DNA of 64,000 bases, taken from assembly GCA_010093815.1 (NCBI GenBank), contig ML996597.1; one strand, 5' to 3'. The position numbers were made by a program, and so were the translations under genes. The notes beneath the pieces are model-generated. The model did no database searches, had not been told where the DNA came from, and saw only the letters and a program-made list of their open reading frames with translations. This stretch comes from Pseudovirgaria hyperparasitica. Its lineage: Eukaryota. Each line of letters begins with the position of its first letter. Position 1 is the stretch's first letter. Positions 37,297 to 50,295 of the stretch are shown here, in pieces.

Positions 37297-39463
37297 ATGC
37301 AAGAGACATCAGAATCGCAGTCACCGCCGCAAAGTCTGGCTGCTGTTAGGCGAAGGAATAAGAAGGGCTCAGCATGTACTCATTGTCGTCAACTGAAGGT
37401 ATCGTCCTTTTCTGGTTATCTATGCTAGCTCTGGACTGCTGCTGATGGTCGCAGCTTAAGTGTGATGCTGCAGATACATTTCCAGCCGCCTGCACCAGAT
37501 GCGGAAAGGTAGGAAGGCAGTGCTCGATAGACCCAACTTTCAAGAGAACTGCAAACAAGGAGTATGTCAATTTTACTTATCTTTTAAGCCTCGTGTATAA
37601 TACGTGGTGTGCCTAATGTCACTGCAGACGACTGGATTCTCTTGAGAAAGAGCTTAAGCATATGCGCAATGAACTTCGATTGAAGCACGCGACTCCAACA
37701 GGCTCGTCGCCTTCTATTCCTCCAAATGCAAGCACCGAATTTTCTACAGCGCCTCAGCCAGCTCAGCTTGACGTATCGTCTACGACAATCAAACACTCTA
37801 GCCAGATTGTCAGCGAGACAATAGACGAGGTTGAACTGCCGTCAAACGTGATCCTCAAGCTCATACACGAGTAGGTCTATAGTCTACAGATACTCAAATC
37901 ATAGTCTGACCGATTCAGATACTTCGAGCACTTTCATCCTTATTTTCCTGTCCTACCAGATCTTACTGCCTTTCTAACAAGATACAATTCAAACAAACTT
38001 CTCCTGTGGTCAGTCCTAGCCATTGCTTCCCGAGAATCACGCGATTTCCCATCTCTATACCCGACGTTAGTAGATCCTGTGCGCCGACTCGCTGCGGACC
38101 TGTATGCCTCACAGAGTCGTAGTTTTGAGACCGTTCAAGCACTCCTCCTTCTCTGCGTGTGGCCGTTTCCTTTCCAGCAGACCATAAATGACCCTTCTCC
38201 TATGTACGTGGGTCTTGCCACCCAAATTGCCTACCAGCTCGGCCTTCATCGCCCTTCTCGTAGAGCAGATTTTGCGGAAGGAAGAATGCCCCAGTCTGAT
38301 CCTGGGGATTTTGCGGTAAAGAAAGTGTGGTTCGGGTGCTGCATTGTCAATCAAGCGTAAGTGATGGAATCATAGTTTGGTTAAAGATCGTAAACATTTA
38401 ATCAACATGCTGTAGCGTAACATCAAAACTTGGAACCCCATCCACAATTCGGCCAGGCTTCGCTGTACTTTCAGAAGTCGCTGAGGGACGCTCTTCCATC
38501 ATTCCCGAACCCCTTTTGAGCCAGCTTCACCTTGCACACTTATCCAACAAAGCTTTTCAAGCTCTGGGTGACTACGAATATTCTGCTAGCGGGGCACTCC
38601 CCGATTGTCTCACCACAGTTCGATCTTTCGAATCAGAATTCATTGAAACATTCGAACGTTTCAGACATAGTTGGTCACCCCACAGTGAGATCATATATCA
38701 GTCTCAACTCCTTCACTTGTACTCTTTCGGACTGGACAGCGGTACGATGACCAGTCAGACTGCGCGTGCAGACGTATCCGTAAACTCAATTTACGGCAGA
38801 GCCTGTAATGCTGTCTTACGGTTGATACACCTTGTACAATCACATTCGCATGCAAGCAATTACTGGCCGGCTTTCGTCAAAAACTCGTTGTTCTATTGTC
38901 TGATCTTCGCTCTTCCATTAGCAAATCTAGAAGACCATGGCTCAGACCAGAGGAACGAATTAATACAGGCCATCAAAGAAGGTAATATTTTGATGAAAAG
39001 CTGGTCTATGTTCGACCGTGATCACTTTTCGCGCGTTTCCTCTCATGTCGACTACCTTGTCCGCGCTTTGGAGAAAGCAGATCGAGGTCAGATTCCTACG
39101 CCTCCCACTATCGCTGGGCATGCGATTGCGGCAACAAGGGAAGGCGGTAAGAGAAAGAGGCTTGGCTTATCAGTAAGGTCTCGTATGGCAGCGAATGTCA
39201 TCTATGAGACTATCTGGGCTGGAAAGCATGCTGCACTTGACGAAGAGCAAGCCCGTCAGACACGACCAGTAGTACCCCCAGTCGTGCACCCGTCAAATGG
39301 CAGCATCATCAAGCAAGCCCCTGTCGAAGTTCCCGCGGCGGCAGACTTTCAGCTCGACGGCTTCAATCCAGGCTTTGATGAGTTTGCTTTTACAGACGGA
39401 TGGGGTGATTCAGGATTTCTCGACATTCTTGCAGATTGGCAGAGTCTTTTGGGAAACGAATGA
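37297..39463 (+). CDS. Zn(II)2Cys6 fungal transcription factor (Leu3/Sef1-like cluster spacing) with Fungal_trans middle region
   Basis: After splicing: ACTHCRQLK|LKCDAADTFPAACTRCGKVGRQC.IDPTFKR, then YFEHFHPYFP, VQALLLLCVWP, QLGLHRP and an acidic/aromatic C-terminal tail. Introns 37399-37454, ~37562-37628, ~37871-37918 and ~38357-38415. Confidence 0.85.
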
Positions 39464-40018
39464 CGCTATTCACGGTCTCTATACTTCCTCCGTATCATTC
39501 ATAACAAGGGACATACCGATTGTATAAGACATGTCCATACTAGACCACAATTGGACCACGACTTTCGAAAAAAGCCCTGGCATATCTCGAACAGGCATCG
39601 GAGAGGGCATATCGCTTCTCACAGTGCTTATCGAAGGAGCATATAACTGGAGCTAAACCTAACGCAAGTGCTCGGCACTACCCGAGGAGACCGGAACAGG
39701 TGAAAGATAGGCTATTCAGGCCTGTAGAGACAGCCTTCTATCAGGCGGTCTAGACAGAAAGAGAATTTATGGGAACCTTGATGCCTGACTGCCTTGATAC
39801 CTAAGATAACACATCACGTGTGAAAGTGCGTCTCCACTTCCCCACCCAGCTAGTGCGAGAAACCTGTAAAGACTAATTACCACTCGCCTCTTGTCCTCAT
39901 CATCATCACATCCCCGATGCCCTGACATCTACTCTTCCATACGTATCAAAGTAGGTTTGAACTCTTTCCTTGTTACGCTGGCACTGTTTACTGTAAGCAC
40001 GGTAACTTGTCCATTATC

Positions 40019-41779
40019 ATGTCGCACACTCCAGACAGCCAGCAGCAGTATCAACGTGAGGCCGACATCATTGACCGACATCTGCCTGAAGGGTATACTG
40101 CACAGCCTGATGCTGTTGACTATGCTTACCGTGGATCACGTTCAAATACACAAAGCCCGGGACCCCAGGAGCTCAATAATGCTTCCGGAGAATCATCCTT
40201 GAGATTGCAAGGGGGCGATATTCACCGTGACTTGTACAAAATCAAAGCGCGCGCTGCAACTCCACGGAGAGCCCAGACTTTCTCTCATGCTGCTAGCCCA
40301 CGGCTGGGACCTATCAATCAACCGTCTGTGCAGGATCAACTGGAGCCAGGTGGTTTTCGGAGGCAATATGTACAGCAACGGCAGGGCCTTTCGCGTCTGT
40401 CTAGTGTCGCTACTAACCCAGTCACGAAGAACTTCGTCTCATTTCTGGAGCTATATGGCAGCTTTGCTGGAGAAGACCTTGCAGATACCGATTCGGAGTC
40501 CGATGAAGAGTCGGCCGTGGACGAGGCTGATTCCCCAAGCGAGACACGACCATTGCTGAGACGTCAGAAAAGTTCCAAAAGATTCAAGAGAGAAGGGGAT
40601 GCTGGCGATGTCAAGACATTTTTCACCCTGTTGAAGGCTTTTGTTGGTACTGGCATCATGTTTCTCCCCAAAGCGTTTCGAAACGGCGGAATTCTCTTCT
40701 CGAGCATCACATTGATCGCTGTTTCTATCATCACAAGCATTTGCTTTCGGCTGCTGCTTCAATGTAGGAAGCGGTTTGGTGGAGGTTACGGCGAGCTTGG
40801 AGAATCGATCGTCGGTCCAGCATTCCGAAAGTTGATCCTCGCATCCATCACGCTATCGCAGCTTGGTTTCGTCTGCGCAGGTCTTATTTTCACTGCCGAA
40901 AACTTGTTCTCCTTCCTCAACGCAGTCACGAAAGGAAAATCGACACCGCTTGGGATTAATGCTCTAATAGCTATACAACTTGTGCTACTTATCCCACTCG
41001 CGCTTATCCGGAACATTTCAAAACTTGGTCCTGCAGCCCTCTTGGCTGATGTTTTCATCTTGATCGGCCTCACGTATATCTGGTACTTTGATATTGCCCA
41101 CTTGGCACAACATGGCATGCATCCGACCGTGGAACTATTCAATCCATCTAGCTTCACTCTTACAATTGGCTCCGCAATTTTCACTTTCGAAGGGATTGGA
41201 CTGATCTTGCCAATACAATCCAGTATGAAGAATCCTGAGCACTTCAGCTACCTGCTGTATCTCGTCATGCTTATCATCACCGTCATCTTCACCTCCGTCG
41301 GTGTGCTGTGTTACGCTACTTTTGGAGACCAAACAAAGATTCAAATCATATCCAACTTCCCGCAGACTGATAAGCTTGTCAATGCTGTTCAATTCCTATA
41401 CTCGATGGCGGTTCTTGTAGGTGGACCAGTCCAACTTTTTCCCGCGGTGCGCATTATTGAGCAGAAGATCTTTGGCGATCGTGCCTCTGGGAAGAAAAGC
41501 GCAACTGTCAAGTGGAAAAAGAATGCACTTCGGTCTGGGATGATCAGTATCTGCGCAGTTGTTGCGTTGCTTGGTGCTACGGACTTGGACAAGTTCGTTG
41601 CATTGATAGGAAGCTTCGCGTGCGTACCGCTGGTGTATATCTACCCAGCTTATCTACATTACAAGGGTGTGGCTTCAAGCCGCCATGAGCGATACTTAGA
41701 CATCGGCCTGATGACGCTCGGTGTAGTAGCAATGGCTTATACTACAATAGTGACGGTCGCCCAGTGGATTGGGGCATGA
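40019..41779 (+). CDS. Vacuolar amino-acid transporter, Avt3/Avt4-like (AAAP family)
   Basis: LQGGDIHR, PGGFRR, FLELYGSFAGEDL, LLKAFVGTG and FEGIGLILPI, with about 11 TM helices. Intronless. Confidence 0.9.
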   Translation: MSHTPDSQQQYQREADIIDRHLPEGYTAQPDAVDYAYRGSRSNTQSPGPQELNNASGESSLRLQGGDIHRDLYKIKARAATPRRAQTFSHAASPRLGPINQPSVQDQLEPGGFRRQYVQQRQGLSRLSSVATNPVTKNFVSFLELYGSFAGEDLADTDSESDEESAVDEADSPSETRPLLRRQKSSKRFKREGDAGDVKTFFTLLKAFVGTGIMFLPKAFRNGGILFSSITLIAVSIITSICFRLLLQCRKRFGGGYGELGESIVGPAFRKLILASITLSQLGFVCAGLIFTAENLFSFLNAVTKGKSTPLGINALIAIQLVLLIPLALIRNISKLGPAALLADVFILIGLTYIWYFDIAHLAQHGMHPTVELFNPSSFTLTIGSAIFTFEGIGLILPIQSSMKNPEHFSYLLYLVMLIITVIFTSVGVLCYATFGDQTKIQIISNFPQTDKLVNAVQFLYSMAVLVGGPVQLFPAVRIIEQKIFGDRASGKKSATVKWKKNALRSGMISICAVVALLGATDLDKFVALIGSFACVPLVYIYPAYLHYKGVASSRHERYLDIGLMTLGVVAMAYTTIVTVAQWIGA

Positions 41780-42559
41780 TCAAGCCCGATCGCGCTCATC
41801 TAGCCATAGAAAGAGCTGCTGGCTCTTTGTAGTCACGTCGAGTTGGGGGGGACAAGGAGACATTGTGCCTACGCGCACCAAAAGCATCGGCTTTTCTTCT
41901 TGTCGGACGACGGAGTCATCGAGGAGAATCTTATTCTTTCAATGTAAACACTGGGTGCTGCTTCTATGAAATTGGGGCTCAGCACCCGGGTCCTGACCAA
42001 ATGGAGTGGTACACCAAGTAGTCGAAGATCCCATGAAGCTAAAGAGCCTGATATGTGTAATATATGGATCGCTGACAACGTTTGTCATCGACTATTTGAG
42101 TGTGAATGTGCACTCTCGGGTCATTTACCGTCCGTGATGTCGATCCCAAGCCGTCCAGCAAATCCATGCGTCTAAGCGTCTGCATTTCCCCCTTAGCAGC
42201 ACGACAGCCAGCTGCCAACCGTAAGCAATTGCGCCACACTACGCCTTCGTCAAACTTTACTGTATTGAGTTTAGATTGGACGCGGGCAACGGGAGGCGGT
42301 CGCTCGACGTCTGAGTATTGCGACCTAATAGATAATTAAAGGCAGAGCTTAAAAGGTTCGCGTCGGTAAGTATGGTGGGAGAGGATGGTGACAATTGTGA
42401 CTTTCTTGCGACGTTCGTGCTTTTGTGCCCTTGGAGTCTTTTGCGAGTCCAGTACTACCTTCTAGACTCATAATTGCTGTCGACCGCCAACAAATTGGCT
42501 ATCAGTCAGGTCGCGCTGGGAGTTGTTCTGCAATACGCACGCGCTCGTCTTCAGGTGAA

Positions 42560-44191
42560 ATGGCTCTGCGGCCCGACTCGTCGGGTCTACAGCAGACCGT
42601 AAATACTACATCGCCAGCACAGTCGAGCGCTGCTAACCTTTGACCAGCCTTCTGAACGCTACCATGACGTGCCACCAGAAGCATATCATTCGCAATATGG
42701 CCACGCTCCAGAAGTAGCGCCGCAGGAGAGCTATGCGTATGCTCTTTCGTCCCGAGATACCCTTCCACTACAACAACACCAATACCAGAGCCAAGACCAA
42801 TACAGTCGGTATCAATACACTGAAATCTCGGGTCAAGCTGCGCCACACAGAGCAGAGCTACCTAACACTTTGGGGTTAGAGTCTGCTACTTATGCTAAAG
42901 ACGGTCCGGTCCATGAGATATCTGCGAAGCAGGACGACACGCCTGGGCTATATGGTACTCTACCTCCGAGAACATATTGCGGTCTTAAGAAACGGACGCT
43001 CATCATCGTGACTGTACTTGTGATAGTGGTCGTTGTGGGTGCTGTCGTGGGTGCCGTAGCTGGAGTCTTGTCATCGCGAGGGAAGGACCCAGGCTCAGAA
43101 TCTAACAGCGTGCGCTCATCTTGAACATCAAAGAAACCCTTTACTGATATCTTACGTAGGGAAACGGTCAATCTGGCGCAGGGACTCCGAACAGCACGGC
43201 TCTCAAGCCCGGGGACAGTTTCCGAGCCCTAGCAGCGACCTCCTGTGGAGGTGGTGATGATGCCCCTGCGAATGTGTACCTCACGTATCAGGACAAAGAC
43301 GGTGGAATTAATATTAATTCATCACCAGAACGCTTGGGAGGAGATTGGCAGGAATGGGAAAACATCGTCAACGGCGATCAGGTAAAGGCAAACACGCCCT
43401 TGTCCGTGACATGCTGGACAAACGATCAGATCCACATACGGATCACCTATGTGCGAGCGTTAGATTCTGCTCTCACACAGGCGCGGGCAGAGTGTAATCT
43501 GGACGATTCCGGATGCCAATGGACTCTGGACGAAGCGTCCGAAGACGTTAAACTCCCAAATGCGAAGCAGTTCGGAATGAACTATCAGGCTGTTGATGGA
43601 ACAGTAAATGATACATTACAGCTGTACACCATCTTAGACAACAGGCCGGCCCTCATCGGAAACGATTCATCTGGCCTTTGGCTTGTCCCTCAACAATTCA
43701 CCTCAGACGACGCAGAAACGAGTGACGACTCACCAATTGCGGCAGCTGCCACCGATCTTGAGTCCCATGCGTTTTGGTTTAACACGGACGGAGGACTGCG
43801 CACAAACAACGCTGAGAATGCGGACGGCTCTGGGACCATCGCATATCTCACGGACAAGACGTTCACGGACGAACCGCAGATTGAGAGCGTTCCAGGGTCT
43901 CTAACCGCCTTCTGGGACTCTTCACAGTCTGCGTTCAAGATATACTGGCTGGAAGATGAACATCCTGTCGAGCTCACAGAGCCCTGGGGTGATGTTAACG
44001 GTGCTCAGGCCTCGAAGACGAGTGACGATGCTTGGATGGCACCAGACGCTGCTGTTGGACCTGTTGCAGCCACATATGGAAATGGCACTGCAAGACTGTT
44101 CTATCTGGTGTCCGGTCAGATTGCGGAGTTTGTTCGACACAACGGCACCTGGAGTAAGAACGACAATCTACCGAGTACGTCGTATACTTGA
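42560..44191 (+). CDS. Single-pass membrane protein with a probable fungal fucose-lectin-like beta-propeller ectodomain
   Basis: Short exon from 42560, introns 42599-42647 and ~43110-43159. Cytoplasmic N-terminus, CGLKKRT followed by a TM helix, then repeats such as YLTYQDKDG, TPLSVTCW, SPIAAA and RLFY. Confidence 0.65.
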
Positions 44192-45054
44192 ACTGGAAGG
44201 GGAATGTCAAGTCGATATTACGATAAGCAATCTTTAGAGTCAGGTGACTCTAGTGACTACGATTTCCTACGACCTTGAGAACACTTCCGTAACTACGATA
44301 CACCCACCATGCCACGCCCGTCTTTCAACCTAACCCCAATCCTAAGAACATATCAAACGCCGTATAAAGGATGTCAGTGTATATGCATGAGCTTCGATAC
44401 CCTCAGGATCCTCTTGATCTCGGCGTCGTCGGTTCCCGTTATTATTACCTCACTTCCAAGGCCTCAACAGATCAACATAAATACGTCTTCTAATAGGGCC
44501 GGGCAGTATAGTCGGATCGAGCATCAGCAGCATGCAAGGCGGCCCAAAGACTCTGCGGATCATAGGTCTTGATTAGTAGGCTAAGTACTGCTATAATCAG
44601 CCTGTTAGCAGCATCTAGAACGACGTTGGTAGGTGTTGATTACTCTTGTGCGTCACTGCTTGTTACGAGCTGTCGGGTCGTATTTGGGTCATGTCTACTT
44701 CGTATTGAGCCACTTGTTATCAGAAAGTAGCGTCCACCTTTGTAAGGTGAACACTCTGAAGATTCATCTGTGGCACAATACCCCCTGATAATCATCTTTA
44801 AAGACTGACAACGAATTGTGTGCTGAAATAGACAATGTCCAAGGAAATGCCAAATCTTCTATCCAGAATGTATCATCAACTCTTATTTAGATGCTGAAAG
44901 CCTAGTGCTCCAGCTGGTACGTACAGAGGAGGCTATGATAGCAACGTCTTCAGGTATGCTTCTTGACCTCTGAATATATATGTACCTCTTCTTGATCCCT
45001 AATTAGAATGACCGGTTCCACTTCTGTGTGAAGTATGGCAGGAAGGATATCTAT

Positions 45055-45987
45055 CTACCATACTGCAATCGACACAGCCGTAAGTGCTAACGTCGTGATC
45101 CAGTAGACGCATTGAGTGATACCGCTTCGCGCAGCTGCAGAGTCATCGTCTGTGGATGTATTCGATGGATAAGCAGGCAGTTCTGGCTGCCGGCTGCCGG
45201 CTGATATGTTGCTTGGTGCTAGACAGAACGCCTTTGTGTATCCACCCGAGACCGTCGAGCTTCCATTGAGTGGCACGTCCAAACTTATTACTGCTACATG
45301 TGCCTGACGCACGAATGTATCGTATGCCACCACAATCTGAGCTGTGTCTAAATCGGGGCCCTCTAGCCGAACGCTCTGGAATCGAGTCGCCAGATACCCG
45401 TCTGGCATGTTCATATCGGGCAGGTTCGGAATCGTGCATATGTCGTTCCCATCCGTGAGATTGACCGGATCTCCGATGGAAATATGGTTTGGCAGCGTCA
45501 TCCCGCATGCCGTCGCAATCTCGCTCTGACGGTATGCATTTTGGCACGAGCCAGGTGGAGGGGAGAAATTATTCAGCACCTCCAGGCATTCCTCGCTCAG
45601 CACTCCCTGACAACTTTCGTTACTGTCCATAGGATTCGTACTTGTTGCATTCACCAGGCCGAAATCATAAATGCAGGCCTGCGCTGAAGGTCTGTCAGTC
45701 ACATTGGGAGGCGTAGAGATGGACTCTGGCCAGCTGAGAAAGGCGTAGGAGTACACCGCGCCACGTGTATCGTTCGATTCGACAGCCACACTGTAGTATA
45801 GTGGGAATGTGACGTCTTCTGATGTGCCGAAGGAAAATTTGAAGGAGCCCGTAGCATTGAAGGAGCCTTGGGAGATGTCAATGCTGTCAAATCCGCATGC
45901 GGAATAAGGTGGTCCGGTTGCATTCTGTGCTTGAGCGAGGTACAACAGAAGGGCTGCTGGGAGCCACGGCAGTTGAAGAAAATGCAT
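45055..45987 (-). CDS. Secreted, probably GPI-anchored Cys-containing hypothetical protein
   Basis: 310-aa ORF with signal peptide, many N-glycosylation sequons and several Cys. A C-terminal SAA omega-like site is followed by a hydrophobic tail. Confidence 0.7.
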   Translation of the reverse strand: MHFLQLPWLPAALLLYLAQAQNATGPPYSACGFDSIDISQGSFNATGSFKFSFGTSEDVTFPLYYSVAVESNDTRGAVYSYAFLSWPESISTPPNVTDRPSAQACIYDFGLVNATSTNPMDSNESCQGVLSEECLEVLNNFSPPPGSCQNAYRQSEIATACGMTLPNHISIGDPVNLTDGNDICTIPNLPDMNMPDGYLATRFQSVRLEGPDLDTAQIVVAYDTFVRQAHVAVISLDVPLNGSSTVSGGYTKAFCLAPSNISAGSRQPELPAYPSNTSTDDDSAAARSGITQCVYWITTLALTAVSIAVW

Positions 45988-47055
45988 TATTATCTGGTAT
46001 ACTAGTAGTTAGCATACATGTCTGCAGTGAGGGTCTCTCTTTGTTATAACATATCTGATGTTCGTTTATCACCCAGATCGGCGATGATCCATGACTGGGC
46101 TAGCTAATTACTTGTAGTATGGCTCTGCAATTATCCATGTAGTTCCAACAATCCAACAGCTGCACGTCAGTATCTGACATTTGCCCCATAATATCACGGA
46201 CAGTTATCGCTGTGCCACAAGCGGGCACTGTTAGCGAACACAGCTCTTAGTTGTCCAACAGCTTACAATAATCGATACATAGTCCGCAGATAGTCTTTGT
46301 TTACATGTTTGATGTATGAGGTCATATCGTCCGTATGCAGTAGCATGCGTGATCGCTGATTCCGCTCATTTGTTCCTCGATACAGACCTCGCTATCTACA
46401 GGTCTGAAGCCTGAAGGGAACATCATCACCAAACTAGTTAAAGTTTGACGTACGCTATCTGATGACATGCATCCATCAGCATTTCAGTGTGCTGCGATAT
46501 GCAGCTATGTCAAACTCAGTACAAACATGGTCGAGGCTGAACACTTATCAAAAACAGTTGCTTGATGTGTTCTCGGTGCATAATAAATTGCATGTGTATA
46601 GGACTTCATGTTGGAATGATGGCGGCCGCGCTGTTTTCCATTATTCTTTCAAGAATACTTGAAGTCGAATTCAGGCTGTAAATCGATGATTCAACTCATC
46701 GTTCATGGATGCGTCATTCTTCAATCTAAGCACAAGTGTGATCAGCATCGCGCAGAGAATGAATGAGTTCATGATGGGCAACGGTCACATGCAAACGTTC
46801 GATATGGTGTTGCCGCGAGCAGACTGCATAATTGATCGAAAAAGCAATCAATTCACTTTCGTATGAATACTCAATACTAAGTGTCCCGAAAGATAGCAAC
46901 CATTAAAGCAGGTCTGGAGGAAGTCAAAAAGGGTCAGCCGATTGTCTGATCTTATATCAAGCGAGCCCCCAAAAAGCTTTGACCACCAGGTCATAGTGGA
47001 TGTCGACGTCCTACCAACACAGGTTTTTAATGATTTCCTCACGTACTACACATCA

Positions 47056-48347
47056 ATGTCTTTCCGCAAACGCAACGTCGCTGTCTCACGTGCTCCATCT
47101 GTACCCAGTATATCACCACCTGAACCACTCCTAGCAGCCAAGGATGCGTGGCCAAACCCAACAATACCCGGCGTGCGTCCTTCACCCATCGACGGTCGTC
47201 CTACGACGTCAACAGGTATTCTATCACTCGACGCGCTCCTTGCTGGCCACGCAGGCCTCGCGCTAGGTAATTCGCTGCTCATCGAAGAGAATGGCACCAC
47301 AGACTTTGCAGGGACCTTATTGAGACTTGTGGCGGCTGAGGGCGTCACGCAAGAGCACAAGGTTATAGTTGTTGGCGTAGGAGAGTCATGGGGAAGGGAG
47401 CTGCCCGGGTTGGTCGATGTTTCCGATGAGAGTGGAAATTCGAGCAAGAATATGGAGAGGAGAGAAGAGGACAAAGAGAGAATGAAGATCGCGTGGCGGT
47501 ATGAGAGACTAGGAGAATTCGGGGCTGAGAAGAGCAGAGGTGCGTCGTGTCTCTGCTATTCAATGTACATAAAACCACTGCGAACATATCAATCGTACCA
47601 GGCTAGCATCATGCTGACCACTTCAATCAAGGCCCAACCCCACAAGATCGCCTGCCATCATCGATATCCCCAGGATCTCCAGCACCAACATCACAAAGCG
47701 TATTCACACACACCTTCGACCTTGCCAAACGCCTCATAATGCCCTCTCCAAGCCCAATAAGCTACATCTCCATCCACTCTACATCTGAAAACCCCTTTCC
47801 AGCAATTCTCTCCGCCATCCACTCACAGATCCTGACCTCTCCCAATTCTGTGCACCGCATCCTCATCCCAACGCTCTTTTCCCCTTTCCTTTATCCCCCT
47901 GCCGCTGCACAGCCAACCCACGTCCTCCCCTTCATACACGCCCTCCGCGCCCTCCTCCGCCGGCACGCAAACACAATTCTCGTCACCACACTCCCGCTCA
48001 GCCTACACTCGCGACGAACAGGTCTCACGCGCGCCATCGAAACACTCTGCGACGGCGTCATCGAACTAAGCCCCTTCCCGTCACATACGCATGCCGAGAC
48101 ACTGGCTAGCAGCGGTGCGGCGACAAAGGAGGAGGACAAGCCGCAGGGAATGCTGAAGGTGCATCGGCTACCGGTCTTTCATGAGAGAGGAGGGGGCGGG
48201 AACGTGAATCTAGGTGAGGATTTGGCGTTCACGCTTAGCCGGCGGAAGTTCTTGATCAAGCCTTTTAGTCTGCCACCAGTGGAGGGTGATCTGGAGGCCC
48301 AACAGGGAGCAGGTGCGGATCTACAGGCGAAGGGTATGGAGTTCTGA
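47056..48347 (+). CDS. ELP4: Elongator complex subunit 4 (PAXNEB family)
   Basis: MSFRKRN, PGVRPSP.DGRPTTSTG..SLD.LL.GH.GL, LIEENGTTDF, MKIAWRYE and LAFTLSRRKF. Intron at ~47540-47630. Confidence 0.9.
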
Positions 48348-48603
48348 AAAGGTGTAGAGACCGCCACACGGCGGATAAGGGCCTCCTACATGAATCTGGG
48401 CGCGATAATAGGGTATTTCGAATGCTATATGCCCAATATGGTCCTCCTAGATGCTCCGATGAAAGTCCGGTCCAAGCCGCATTCTCTGACAAACAGAAAG
48501 ATCCACGATTCTGAAATCTAGATTTGTCAAACACATGCTCAACAACGTTCTACTTCCTCTCGAACATGTCTTCCAAACATACCAATATCTAGAACAAAGC
48601 CCT

Positions 48604-50295
48604 TCAAGTCCTACTAACCATCATTCCAGCGAGCACTGCAGCGCCAATAATCCCTCCATCACTTGCAGCCTTCAGCACGACTCTCTTTCCTTTATTTCGC
48701 GCCGAACCGTTCCGCACAAGCTGGTCCAGCCAATGTTGGCAAGTGCTTCTATACAGCGGGTAGCCAGCCATGGTCTTTCCCGTAAAGGCAACTACCATAT
48801 CGCACTTTGGTTCTCCAGGTCCGGGATTTCCCTCCCGGGAAAAGCGATCGCCATTAAAGTCGTCCAAGGCTAGTTCCTCGACACATCCTAGTAGGCCTAT
48901 GACTGCTGCTGCCACGAGAGCTGAAGCACGTGCTTGAACAGCGAGGGCAATACGACTCAGGAGTACGGCATGGTGAGGTGACCATGCAAATGCAGGATGT
49001 GAAGGCGGGAAGGTCGAGTTCAGAACGCTGGTAAGGAGTACGGGGTCTGCATCAGCGACGGAGGTTGCAAGAAAGTTGGTGGATATGGCGTTCTTTTCGA
49101 GTAGCGTAGGCGGAAATTCAAATTTGCTTGTTGCGTGCCTAGTGGTAATGTCGATGAAGGCGAGGCGAACCATCTCGCCAAGGTAACGTCCAGCGGTCAT
49201 ATATTCAAATGGTTGAAAGCCAGGGACTTCAGAGTTTCTACTAAGATCATCATCCCAAGACGTGATGACACCTAACTTTTTCATCGGTTCGTCAGCGCCC
49301 CGAATAGTCCATTCGGTGTTGATAACGATCTTGGAGTCTTCGTAGTCGAAGTTCTTGGGGAGAGGTGCCGCTCTTCTCTTATCGTCATGTAGATACTTCA
49401 ATTTCATCGGTATAGTGGCATTGCATCCGGTGCCTACAATAAGTCCCATGGTTGTCTTGCTATTTGTTGTTGTTCTCGTAGCGTAGGCAAGAGCGCTGAA
49501 CGTAGCTACGGTATCATTCGTGATGGCAGCGATCTTCAGGCGGGGAAGCCTATGTATCTTCGATACTCCGGTTCCATTACTGTGGATGACGACGTTCCCG
49601 TTGGCGTCAGCACAGTGCCGAGAATAACCGTCGAGAAGAAGGTCTCCTAGGCTAAGTCCTTGTTTGATAGCGAAGCCTTTGCCCATACCCATCAATATAC
49701 CCTCATTCATTGATGTTTGTCTGAAGTAATTGTCAGGACCTGCCTCGATCATAGCAGGATAGTGGTGGATAGGTCAGACAGGCAGTACATACGCTAAGGG
49801 GAAACTGAAAGTGATACCAAGTGGAAGTTCTTTACCGAACAAGTTCTCATCCGAAGCATCGCTGAGGGCATCCGTCAGGACTTCGGCTATGCAGTCACCA
49901 ATCCAAGAGAACAGGTCTTCGGCCTGATCCATCTTTAGGTGATCAACAATAGGCCATGTCTTATCATGTGACTTTATAATCTTGGCCGTCGATACATCTT
50001 CGGCCTCAGCAATGCGCTGAAGTGGTATGTTGCCCAGGAGCTCGATGATACCAACACGTAGATTCGTGCCACCAACATCGATAGCAAGATAGCGACCAGA
50101 TTCCAGACCAGTCGGAAGAACAGTGACAGGGGTGGCCAGAAAATGTTCCGTGGAGGTTTTTGCCAGGTCTCGGTACGTTGCAGTGAATTCAGTGCTAAGC
50201 TCGTGCAAATGTGTTGTATTCAGAAACCAGGTCAGCGGTCTGACGGCCTCGTCGAGTGCAGTCTGGTCGTACGTGATGGCCTGGGGGTCAGCCAT
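48604..50295 (-). CDS. Hexokinase-family protein (atypical, hexokinase-like)
   Basis: LAIDVGGTNLRV, LGITFSFP, MGKGF, NDTVAT, IVGTGCNA, INTEW, FEYMTAGRYLGE and DGGIIGAA. Intron at ~49792-49721. The start may lie further upstream at 50646. Confidence 0.85.

Noticed and set aside
46460..46870. Two short ORFs upstream of ELP4
   Set aside because: No motifs or splice structure linking them; treated as intergenic.
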